Shown piece after piece: positions 1-8,600 of a DNA stretch of 32,000 nucleotides. The position numbers and the translations under genes were made by a program. The stretch covers positions 120,001 to 152,000 of the forward strand of contig NC_000962.3 of NCBI RefSeq assembly GCF_000195955.2, written 5' to 3'. The stretch's first letter is position 1; every line of letters begins with the position of its first letter. Source of the DNA: Mycobacterium tuberculosis H37Rv. Its GTDB lineage: Bacteria > Actinomycetota > Actinomycetes > Mycobacteriales > Mycobacteriaceae. The notes beneath the pieces were generated by a model. The model was not told the DNA's origin, made no database searches, and worked only from the letters and a program-made list of their open reading frames with translations.

Positions 1-2173
1 GGTTGAGCAGTCCGGCGGCGGCAATCGGGATGGCTGCGACGTTGTACCCGAACGCCCAGATCATGTTCATCCGGATCGTCCGCATGGTTGCACGGGCCAG
101 GTCCAGCGCCTGCGGAACAGTATTCAGATCATCGCGCACCAGAATGATGTCGGCTGCACCGAGCGCGACGTCGGTGCCACGCCCGATCGCCAACCCCAAG
201 TCGGCACCCACCAACGCGGGACCGTCGTTGATGCCGTCACCGACCATGGCGACGGTATGTCCTTCCTCGCGGAGCCGTTGGATCACGTCGACCTTGCCTT
301 CGGGCAGCATATCGGCGACAGCGGAGTCGATGCCGACCTGCGCCGCCACCGCGTCGGCGGCGGCCCGATTGTCGCCGGTGAGCAGAATCGTCCGCAGCCC
401 GCGGCTGCGTAGCGCAGCGACGGCGGCAGCCGCTGAATCCTTGAGGGTGTCGGCGATTGTCAGGGCTGCGCGGACGACACCGTCGACCGACACAAAAACG
501 ACAGTCTCGCCTCGGGATTCGCCGTCCAGGCGCGCGGACACCAGAGCCGCGTCGTGGCAGGGCGTGGTCCGGGTAATCCAGGATGGCTTGCCGACCTCAA
601 CGTGATGGCCGCCGACTTCCCCCGATACACCGCAGCCCGCGACGGCGACAAACCCGTTGACTGGACCCGGATCCGGCGAAGCGGCAACGATGGCCGCCGC
701 CATCGCATGCTCGGAAGCCGATTCGACAGCGGCGGCGAGGCCAAGCACTTCCTCGCGATCTCGCTCGCTGGTGCCTGAACCTGCCATTGTTACGGTGCTC
801 ACCGCCAGCTGCCCAACCGTCAACGTGCCGGTCTTGTCGAACACCACGGTGTCGATGCTCCGGATGGTTTCCAGTGCCCGGTACCCCTTGATAAAGATCC
901 CTAGCTGCGCTCCCCGTCCGGAAGCAACCATCATGGCGGTAGGTGTCGCGAGCCCAAGCGCACACGGGCACGCGATCACCAACACCCCTAGCGTGACCGA
1001 GAACGCGCGATCCGCGCCTGCGCCGCTGACGAGCCAGGCCGCACCTGCAAGTCCAGCAATGACGAAAACCACCGGCACGAACACGCCCGCGATGTGGTCG
1101 GCGAGGCGCTGGGCACGCGCCTTCTGCGTCTGGGCTTGCTCCACGAGGCGGACCATCGCGGCGAACTGGGTATCGGCCCCTACCGCGGTGGCCTCGATGA
1201 CCAGGCGGCCGTCCATCACGACCGTGCCCCCCACGACCGAGGCCGCCGGATAGGCACGGACCGGCTTGGCCTCACCGGTCATGGCGCTCATATCGATCGC
1301 CGCGCTGCCGTCGACAACGACTCCGTCAGCTGCGATGGTTTCCCCCGGCCGCGTCACGAAGCGCTGGCGCTTCTTGAGTTCGCTCGCCGGTATCACTAGC
1401 TCCGCGCCGTCGGGCAGCAGCACCGCCACATTCTTGGCGCCTAGCTCCGCCAGCGCACGCAGCGCGCTGCCGGCCTTGGACTTGGCTCGTGCTTCAAAGT
1501 AACGACCGGCAAGAACGAAGACGGTCACACCGGCCGCGACCTCGAGGTAGATCGAGTCGCTGTTGAGAATGGCCCGCCAGATTCCCGAGCCTTCCCGTGG
1601 CGGCTGATCGCCGAAGACGGACGAAAGCGACCAGGCGGTGGCGGCCACGATCCCGACCGAGATCAGCGTTTCCATGGATGTCGTCCGGTGGCGCGCGTTT
1701 CGCAGCGCGACCGAGTGGAAGGGCCATGCGGCCCAGGTCACAACCGGAGCGGCCAGGGCCGTCAATATGTATCCCCAGCCGGGAACCCTGGCGCTGGGGA
1801 CGATCGCGAACAACGTCGACAGGTCAGCCAGCGGCACGAACAACACCGCCGCGACTAGCAGCCGCCGCAGCAGTCTGCGGGCGTGGGCGCCGTCGGGATC
1901 CTTTGTCCGTTTGTCTAGGACGGTTGTCTCGGTGTGCGGTGCCGCGTGGTATCCGGCTTTCTCGACCACCCCGCACAGCTCATCGGCTGCCATGCCCACG
2001 GCATCGATGGTCGCGACGCGGGTTGCGAAGTTGACGGATGCGCGTACTCCGGGGATCTTGTTGAGCTTCGTCTCGACGCGGCTGGCACAGGCCGCACATG
2101 ACATACCCAAAACATCGAGCCGGATCCGCCGCACCGACTGCAGGTCGGCATCTCCCACAACTGGAGCCGCCAC
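1..2173 (-). CDS. ctpB: P1B-type (Cu-type, CPC) heavy-metal-translocating P-type ATPase; the 3' end runs off the left edge (partial)
   Basis: Absent from the ORF track because its stop lies outside the window. Reverse-strand reading from GTG at 2173 (GAGGAGG just upstream) gives [34 protein letters not shown], with the GMxCxxC metal-binding motif at 2087-2107. The same frame also contains IACPCALG (CPC, 962-970), FDKTGTL (824-838) and MVGDGIND (224-241). Confidence 0.93.
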   Translation of the reverse strand, partial: MAAPVVGDADLQSVRRIRLDVLGMSCAACASRVETKLNKIPGVRASVNFATRVATIDAVGMAADELCGVVEKAGYHAAPHTETTVLDKRTKDPDGAHARRLLRRLLVAAVLFVPLADLSTLFAIVPSARVPGWGYILTALAAPVVTWAAWPFHSVALRNARHRTTSMETLISVGIVAATAWSLSSVFGDQPPREGSGIWRAILNSDSIYLEVAAGVTVFVLAGRYFEARAKSKAGSALRALAELGAKNVAVLLPDGAELVIPASELKKRQRFVTRPGETIAADGVVVDGSAAIDMSAMTGEAKPVRAYPAASVVGGTVVMDGRLVIEATAVGADTQFAAMVRLVEQAQTQKARAQRLADHIAGVFVPVVFVIAGLAGAAWLVSGAGADRAFSVTLGVLVIACPCALGLATPTAMMVASGRGAQLGIFIKGYRALETIRSIDTVVFDKTGTLTVGQLAVSTVTMAGSGTSERDREEVLGLAAAVESASEHAMAAAIVAASPDPGPVNGFVAVAGCGVSGEVGGHHVEVGKPSWITRTTPCHDAALVSARLDGESRGETVVFVSVDGVVRAALTIADTLKDSAAAAVAALRSRGLRTILLTGDNRAAADAVAAQVGIDSAVADMLPEGKVDVIQRLREEGHTVAMVGDGINDGPALVGADLGLAIGRGTDVALGAADIILVRDDLNTVPQALDLARATMRTIRMNMIWAFGYNVAAIPIAAAGLLN

Positions 2174-2316
2174 GGCCCTCCTCGGATCGGCGTATTTGCA
2201 CCCGTCAGCCTACAAGTCGTAAGCAGGCGGTAATCGGTTCCCTATGGCCCGCTGGATGCACTGGCGATGGATTCTTTTGGTCCGATTTCTGCGGTTGGCG
2301 TGCTAGGTTTCCGACT

Positions 2317-3831
2317 GTGACGCCCGTCACAACGTTTCCTCTCGTGGACGCGATCCTCGCTGGTCGCGACCGCAACCTTGACGGCGTTATCTTGATCGCC
2401 GCCCAACACCTGCTGCAAACAACGCACGCCATGCTGCGTTCGCTATTTCGGGTCGGCCTCGATCCGCGCAACGTCGCGGTGATCGGCAAGTGCTATTCCA
2501 CTCACCCGGGAGTTGTCGACGCGATGCGGGCCGACGGCATCTATGTCGACGATTGCAGCGACGCCTACGCACCCCACGAATCATTCGACACCCAGTACAC
2601 CCGCCACGTAGAACGGTTTTTCGCCGAATCCTGGGCGCGGCTTACGGCCGGGCGTACGGCTCGTGTCGTGCTCCTCGACGACGGCGGATCGCTGCTAGCC
2701 GTCGCCGGCGCCATGCTCGATGCGAGCGCCGACGTGATCGGAATCGAGCAGACGTCCGCCGGCTACGCCAAAATCGTCGGTTGTGCGCTGGGGTTTCCCG
2801 TCATCAACATCGCCCGCTCGTCGGCAAAGCTTCTATACGAGTCGCCGATCATCGCCGCACGCGTGACACAGACGGCATTCGAGCGCACCGCGGGCATCGA
2901 CTCAAGCGCAGCGATCCTGATCACCGGCGCGGGCGCAATCGGCACTGCCCTGGCCGATGTGCTGCGTCCGCTGCATGACCGGGTGGACGTGTACGACACG
3001 CGCTCCGGCTGTATGACGCCCATCGATCTTCCGAATGCGATCGGCGGCTATGACGTGATCATCGGTGCCACCGGCGCCACCAGTGTGCCCGCCAGCATGC
3101 ACGAATTGCTGCGCCCCGGCGTATTGCTGATGTCGGCGTCTTCGTCCGATCGCGAGTTCGATGCCGTCGCGTTGCGTCGGCGCACGACGCCCAATCCTGA
3201 CTGCCATGCCGACCTCAGGGTAGCCGACGGCAGTGTCGACGCTACCTTGTTGAATTCGGGCTTCCCGGTCAACTTTGACGGTTCGCCCATGTGCGGCGAT
3301 GCGTCGATGGCGCTCACGATGGCGTTGTTGGCGGCCGCGGTGTTGTATGCGTCGGTCGCGGTCGCCGACGAAATGTCATCCGATCATCCGCATCTCGGGC
3401 TGATCGACCAGGGCGACATCGTGGCATCGTTTCTGAACATCGACGTCCCGCTCCAAGCTCTCAGCCGGCTACCGTTGCTTTCGATCGATGGGTATCGCCG
3501 CCTTCAGGTGCGCTCCGGCTATACCTTGTTCCGCCAAGGTGAGCGGGCCGACCACTTCTTTGTCATCGAATCCGGCGAGCTTGAGGCGCTCGTCGACGGG
3601 AAGGTCATCCTTAGACTCGGTGCCGGAGACCACTTCGGCGAGGCGTGTTTGCTCGGTGGCATGCGGCGCATAGCGACGGTGCGGGCATGTGAGCCATCGG
3701 TCCTGTGGGAGCTCGACGGCAAGGCTTTCGGCGACGCGCTGCATGGGGACGCTGCAATGCGTGAGATCGCCTACGGTGTCGCTCGCACCCGGCTCATGCA
3801 CGCCGGCGCGTCCGAGTCCTTGATGGTGTAA
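2317..3831 (+). CDS. AdoHcy-hydrolase-like Rossmann protein with a C-terminal cyclic-nucleotide-binding domain (conserved hypothetical; Rv0104 by recollection)
   Basis: The ORF track gives 2098..3831. I start at GTG 2317 (TPVTTFPLVD...) because the 2098-2316 extension overlaps the ctpB 5' end and adds only R/P-rich sequence. The N-terminal ~380 aa follow the S-adenosylhomocysteine-hydrolase motif order (VLLDDGGS, GIEQTSAG, FPVINIARSSAK, ITGAGAIGTA). The C-terminal ~120 aa are a cNMP-binding domain (FRQGERADHFFVIESGELE...GDHFGEACLLGGMRRIATVRA). Confidence 0.85.
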   Translation: MTPVTTFPLVDAILAGRDRNLDGVILIAAQHLLQTTHAMLRSLFRVGLDPRNVAVIGKCYSTHPGVVDAMRADGIYVDDCSDAYAPHESFDTQYTRHVERFFAESWARLTAGRTARVVLLDDGGSLLAVAGAMLDASADVIGIEQTSAGYAKIVGCALGFPVINIARSSAKLLYESPIIAARVTQTAFERTAGIDSSAAILITGAGAIGTALADVLRPLHDRVDVYDTRSGCMTPIDLPNAIGGYDVIIGATGATSVPASMHELLRPGVLLMSASSSDREFDAVALRRRTTPNPDCHADLRVADGSVDATLLNSGFPVNFDGSPMCGDASMALTMALLAAAVLYASVAVADEMSSDHPHLGLIDQGDIVASFLNIDVPLQALSRLPLLSIDGYRRLQVRSGYTLFRQGERADHFFVIESGELEALVDGKVILRLGAGDHFGEACLLGGMRRIATVRACEPSVLWELDGKAFGDALHGDAAMREIAYGVARTRLMHAGASESLMV

Positions 3832-3979
3832 CGGTCTTGCACTCGTGGGCTGTCGGCGGATCACGGGATCGTTATGCCGGTTCTTGCGAGTGACATAGGT
3901 TGACATACGTATAACCGGTCCCTGCGGTCGAACACGGCTTGACAATTGGACGAATCTCGTTGCGCGCCATCAGTTGTGC

Positions 3980-4264
3980 TCACAGGATCGCCGCCGTTCG
4001 GAGCGATGAGCCCGCTTGGCGCGCGAAGTGCGCCGGGGCGGATCCTGCCCGAGCCGCGCGACGACGGCCTCGATGCCCGTCGCGGTCGATGACCTTGATT
4101 CCTTGGGCGCTGACCCGCACCTTGATGCGGCGGTCCTCCGACGGTAAGTAGTAGGCCTTGAGCTGGATATTGGGCGGCCAACGTCGCCGAGTGCGGCGGT
4201 GTGAGTGCGACACAGCCTTACCGAAACCCACAGTGCGGCCGGTGATTTGGCAGCGGGCGGACAT
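3980..4264 (-). CDS. rpmB: 50S ribosomal protein L28 paralogue (L28-1); the C-terminal third is out of the canonical L28 frame
   Basis: The ORF track gives 3980..4351. ATG 4264 is preceded by [42 protein letters not shown]...GIKVIDRDG is unmistakably L28. The remaining 31 aa in this frame are not L28-like (see finding). Confidence 0.85.
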   Translation of the reverse strand: MSARCQITGRTVGFGKAVSHSHRRTRRRWPPNIQLKAYYLPSEDRRIKVRVSAQGIKVIDRDGHRGRRRAARAGSAPAHFARQAGSSLRTAAIL

Positions 4265-4290
4265 GGCGAACCTCCTCCCGGACCAGCCTG

Positions 4291-4307
4291 TTGAAAATAG
4301 TTTTCGA
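4291..4307. promoter_or_regulatory. Zur/Fur-family-type AT-rich palindromic box proximal to rpmB1
   Basis: TTGAAAAT-A-GTTTTCGA is an imperfect inverted repeat (6 of 8 positions per arm) of the TGAAAAT-N-ATTTTCA type. It is a conspicuous AT-rich island in GC-rich DNA, 27 nt upstream of the rpmB1 ATG. Confidence 0.6.
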
Positions 4308-4343
4308 CAACCGTTGCACGGCACGGTAGCGTGGGTGCAGTTT

Positions 4344-4362
4344 AATGGCAATCATTTTCAAT
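4344..4362. promoter_or_regulatory. Second Zur/Fur-family-type box proximal to the COG0523 gene
   Basis: AATGGCAAT-C-ATTTTCAAT is an imperfect palindrome (5 of 7 per arm) ending 12 nt before ATG 4374. Confidence 0.5.
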
Positions 4363-4373
4363 AAGGTTTGGCG

Positions 4374-5570
4374 ATGCGTACTCCGGTGATATTGGTGGCA
4401 GGTCAGGATCACACCGACGAGGTGACGGGCGCCTTGTTGCGCCGGACCGGAACGGTGGTCGTGGAGCACCGGTTTGACGGCCATGTGGTGCGACGGATGA
4501 CTGCCACGCTGAGCCGTGGCGAATTGATCACCACGGAGGACGCTTTGGAGTTCGCCCACGGCTGTGTGTCGTGCACAATCCGCGACGACCTGCTGGTGCT
4601 GTTACGCAGACTGCACCGCCGAGACAATGTCGGCCGGATCGTCGTGCACCTGGCGCCGTGGCTGGAGCCCCAGCCCATCTGCTGGGCGATCGACCACGTG
4701 CGGGTTTGCGTCGGACACGGATACCCAGACGGACCAGCCGCCCTCGACGTGCGGGTCGCGGCCGTGGTGACCTGTGTGGACTGCGTAAGGTGGCTGCCGC
4801 AGTCACTCGGCGAGGACGAACTGCCCGACGGGCGCACGGTGGCCCAAGTGACGGTCGGTCAGGCCGAGTTCGCCGACCTTCTGGTGCTGACCCACCCGGA
4901 ACCGGTCGCCGTGGCGGTTCTGCGCCGACTGGCCCCTCGAGCGCGAATCACCGGCGGCGTCGACCGCGTCGAGCTGGCGCTGGCGCATCTGGACGACAAC
5001 TCACGGAGGGGTCGTACCGATACCCCGCACACGCCATTGCTGGCGGGCCTGCCTCCGTTGGCAGCCGACGGTGAGGTTGCGATCGTGGAATTCAGTGCCC
5101 GCCGCCCGTTTCACCCGCAACGTCTGCATGCCGCGGTTGACCTGCTGCTCGATGGCGTGGTTCGCACTCGAGGTCGGCTGTGGCTGGCCAACCGGCCGGA
5201 TCAGGTCATGTGGCTCGAATCAGCCGGTGGCGGTCTGCGGGTCGCATCGGCCGGAAAGTGGTTGGCGGCGATGGCGGCCTCGGAGGTGGCCTATGTCGAC
5301 CTGGAGCGGCGGTTGTTCGCCGACCTGATGTGGGTCTACCCGTTCGGAGACCGGCACACCGCGATGACGGTACTGGTATGCGGCGCCGATCCGACCGACA
5401 TCGTCAATGCCCTGAACGCGGCGCTGCTCAGCGACGACGAAATGGCATCTCCGCAACGCTGGCAGTCCTACGTCGACCCTTTCGGCGACTGGCATGACGA
5501 CCCGTGCCACGAAATGCCCGATGCGGCTGGGGAATTCTCGGCACACCGCAACTCAGGAGAATCTCGATGA
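4374..5570 (+). CDS. COG0523/CobW-family metallochaperone-like protein with degenerate nucleotide-binding motifs (Rv0106 by recollection)
   Basis: I use ATG 4374; the track starts 2 codons earlier at TTG 4368. The layout is collinear with COG0523 proteins such as E. coli YjiA: GCVSCTIRDDLLVLL vs GCICCS..., and RIVVHLAPWLEPQPI vs LVIECTGMADPGPI. A Zur-type box lies immediately upstream. Confidence 0.88.
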   Translation: MRTPVILVAGQDHTDEVTGALLRRTGTVVVEHRFDGHVVRRMTATLSRGELITTEDALEFAHGCVSCTIRDDLLVLLRRLHRRDNVGRIVVHLAPWLEPQPICWAIDHVRVCVGHGYPDGPAALDVRVAAVVTCVDCVRWLPQSLGEDELPDGRTVAQVTVGQAEFADLLVLTHPEPVAVAVLRRLAPRARITGGVDRVELALAHLDDNSRRGRTDTPHTPLLAGLPPLAADGEVAIVEFSARRPFHPQRLHAAVDLLLDGVVRTRGRLWLANRPDQVMWLESAGGGLRVASAGKWLAAMAASEVAYVDLERRLFADLMWVYPFGDRHTAMTVLVCGADPTDIVNALNAALLSDDEMASPQRWQSYVDPFGDWHDDPCHEMPDAAGEFSAHRNSGESR

Positions 5571-5642
5571 AACCCCGGTATCCATCCCGACTACCAGCCC
5601 GTGGTACAGACGCCGACACTACGGCTCAGCGCGCGCTGGATG

Positions 5643-8600
5643 CTACCGAGGGCGTCGATAGGTTCTATCCACCCGCGTCAGAGTCTTCCGCGTCGTCAGG
5701 GCGTTCATCAGGTTGCACGACACCGACTGTGCTTGCCAACCACTTCGGTGCCAGCGCTGAGACTGCGGTGGCTCCTGCCGTGGCGCTGAAGACGCCCGTC
5801 CAGGCGACCGGTCCCAGCGGGGTACACCCGAAAAGTGGCTGATAACCGGGGTTTGAATGATGCCGACCAACACCCCGGCGCTGCCCAGTGCGGTGGCAAT
5901 GACGAGCGGACTGTGCCGGCGCGTCAGCAGTGTCTGCGCTAGCTGGGTCATCACGAGTGCAGTCAAACCCATTGTCGCCGTGCGTCGTTCGGTTCCGGGA
6001 GTCCAGCGCCCGATGGCCCAGGCTGCCGTTGCGCCGGCGGCGGTGACGACGCCGCGGTTAACGATCTGACGCAGCAATGGCGCGTCCAGCGAGGGCGTAG
6101 GCCCGATCAGCACCGCACGTCGATGTTCGCGCTGCGCTCGCTCGGCCGCGTCATCGGTTGGGTATTCGGCGTCGTCGGGTTCGGCAAACTGCGAGGTGAC
6201 GGCCACCGCAAGCGCGGGAAACATGTCGGTGAGCAGATTCACCAGCAGCAGTTGACGAGTCCCCACCGGCGCCCGCCCGGCCCCGAACGCCGTCCCGATG
6301 ACGGTGAACAGAACTTCGCCCACATTGCCGCCGACCAGAATCGTCACCGCGTCACGAACACCGGCCCACATGCTGCGGCCCTCGACCAGCGCGTCGAGCA
6401 GCACGCCCAGGTCATCGTCGGTCAGCACGATATCGGCGGCCCCACGGGCGGCAGAGGAACCGCGCCCGCTCACTCCGATGCCCACGTCGGCCATCCGGAT
6501 GGCCGCGGCGTCGTTGGCGCCGTCGCCGACCATCGCGGTCACTCGCCCGCAGCGCTGCAGCGCCGCCACAATCTGAACCTTTTGTTCCGGGCTGACCCGA
6601 GCAAAGACTTGCATGTCGGCGGCGAGTTTGGCATGCGCCTCCTCGTCCAGGACGGCAAGTTCGGCACCGGTCACGACTCGCGCGTCCGCCGGTAGTCCCA
6701 GCTGGCGGGCGATCGCCCGGGCGGTGATCGGATGGTCGCCGGTGATCAGCACCACGTTGCGCTCGGCGTCCAGCAAGGCTTCGATCAACGGACGCGAGGA
6801 AGACCGGGCCGTATCCGCCAATCCGACATAGCCGATCAGCTCGAGATCGTGCGCGACGGCGTCGACAGCGTCGGCGTCGGTCTCGTCATCATGGGTGGTC
6901 CCGTTGTCCCAGGTGCGCTGCGCGACTGCCAGAACACGCAGGCCCTGCTCGGCGAGGTGGCGTACCACGGATTCGGCATGTTCGTGGTCGACGCCCGGGT
7001 CGGCGAGTCGGCAGCGCGGCAGGATCGTCTCCGGAGCGCCCTTGAGCATCAACATCGGTATCCCGTCGGTGCCCACTCTGCCGATCGCGGCGGCGTAGCC
7101 GCGACTGGACTCAAACGGTACTTCGGCCAGCACCACCCACTCCGAATCGCCTTGGCTACTAAGCGAACCGGCCAGCGCACTAGCCGCCGCGAGGATCGCC
7201 TCATCGGTGGCGTGCGCGTGCCCTTCCCCGTTATGGGGCTGCGTGGACGCGCGCGCGGCGGCCCGCAGCACCTCGGCGGAGGGCGCATCGGTGGTCTGCG
7301 GCAACGGATCCCGTTCGGCTGCGGTGCTGCTCGGTAGCGCGCATACCACCCGCAGGCGGTTCTCGGTGAGTGTGCCGGTCTTGTCGAAACATATGGTGTC
7401 GACACGGCCCAGCGCCTCGATGGTGCGAGGCGAGCGCACCAGCGCCCCACGTGCCGTCAGGCGCTGGGCGGCGGCAAGCTGGGAGAGGGTGGCCACCAAC
7501 GGTAGACCCTCCGGGACCGCGGCCACCGCGATGGCGACGCCGTCGGCCACCGCTTGCCGCAGCGACGCCCGGCGCAGCAACGCCAGAGCTGTCACCGCGG
7601 CGCCGCCGGCCAACGTCATGGGCAGCACTTTGCTGGTCAGCTCGCGCAGCCGGGCCTGGACTCCGGCCGCCGTTTCGACATCGGCGACCGCCGAGATCGC
7701 GCGATGTGCGGCGGTGCCGACTCCGGTGGCTACCACGATCGCGCGGGCGTGTCCGGCGACGATGGTGCTGCCCTCAAACAGCATGCTGGCCCGGTCGGGG
7801 TCGTTGACGGCGACGGGGTCCACCTGCTTGTCCACCGGTAGCGACTCGCCGGTAAGAAAGGACTCGTCGACCTCGAGGTCTTCGGCCACCAGCAGGCGCG
7901 CATCCGCCGGGACCACCTCCGGCGCGGCCAGGTCGATGACATCGCCGACTCGCAGCGACTTCGCCGACACCGTGGCCGTCCGGGTGGCGTGCCGGGCCGC
8001 CTCCAGTCGACGTCGGGTAGTCGCTACCGCCGGCACCACCACCCGGCGCACCAGCTGGTCCTGCTCGGCGAATAGCTCGGCGGCCGCCGCCTCGGCTCGC
8101 AATCGTTGTACCCCACCGGTGATCGCGTTGACCGTCATCACGCCCGCTACCAGTAGCGCGTCGATATTGCTGCCGACAATCGCCGATGCTGCGGCGCCCA
8201 CCGCCAGGATCGGAGTCAGCGGATCGGCCAGTTCATGGCGGGTGGCCACCGCCAGCTGCGCCAAGGTTCGTGCCGGGCCGCGCAGCGGCGCCATCACCGG
8301 TTCGTAGGACAGGTCGTCCAGAATGCGCCGCCAGGCCGGGATTCCGGGTTCGACGGCCAAGGGTCGGGAGCCGCCGGCTAGCCGCGAGTAGACGATCTCG
8401 GGGTCCAGCGCGTGCCAGGCGGTCAGCGGTTGCGGGGTGGGGTCGGGCATCCGCAGCACCTTGGCGGCCGACCACATTCCGGACACCAAAGCCGTTGCGG
8501 CAGCGGCATTGACCGGATTGAGCCAGCGACGGAAGCTGGCTGGGTTGGTGGTTTTGTCCTGCTCACCGGTGACCAACAACAGCCCGGCCAAGGTGGTGCC

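Noticed and set aside
3-2222. Plus-strand ORFs 3..605, 657..1253, 1094..1399 and 1638..2222
   Set aside because: They are antisense to a minus-strand frame that carries the full ordered motif set of a P1B ATPase (GMxCxxC, CPC, DKTGT, GDGIND). Their products are S/A/R/P-rich shadow sequences.
2098-2316. N-terminal extension of the Rv0104-like ORF to the track start at 2098
   Set aside because: It would overlap the ctpB start codon and SD on the other strand, and it adds R/P-rich non-domain sequence. The AdoHcyase-like homology begins right after GTG 2317.
5826-5840. Programmed -1 ribosomal frameshifting at CAC UUU UCG in ctpI
   Set aside because: The site is not a canonical X XXY YYZ slippery heptamer, and I saw no obvious downstream stimulatory structure. 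A homopolymer indel is the simpler explanation, and I report it as a finding instead.
7207-8307. 366-aa plus-strand ORF (and many others between 5857 and 10630) inside ctpI
   Set aside because: These are high-GC shadow ORFs with S/A/R-rich products. The minus strand carries TGES, PEGL, DKTGT and GDGAND in one frame.
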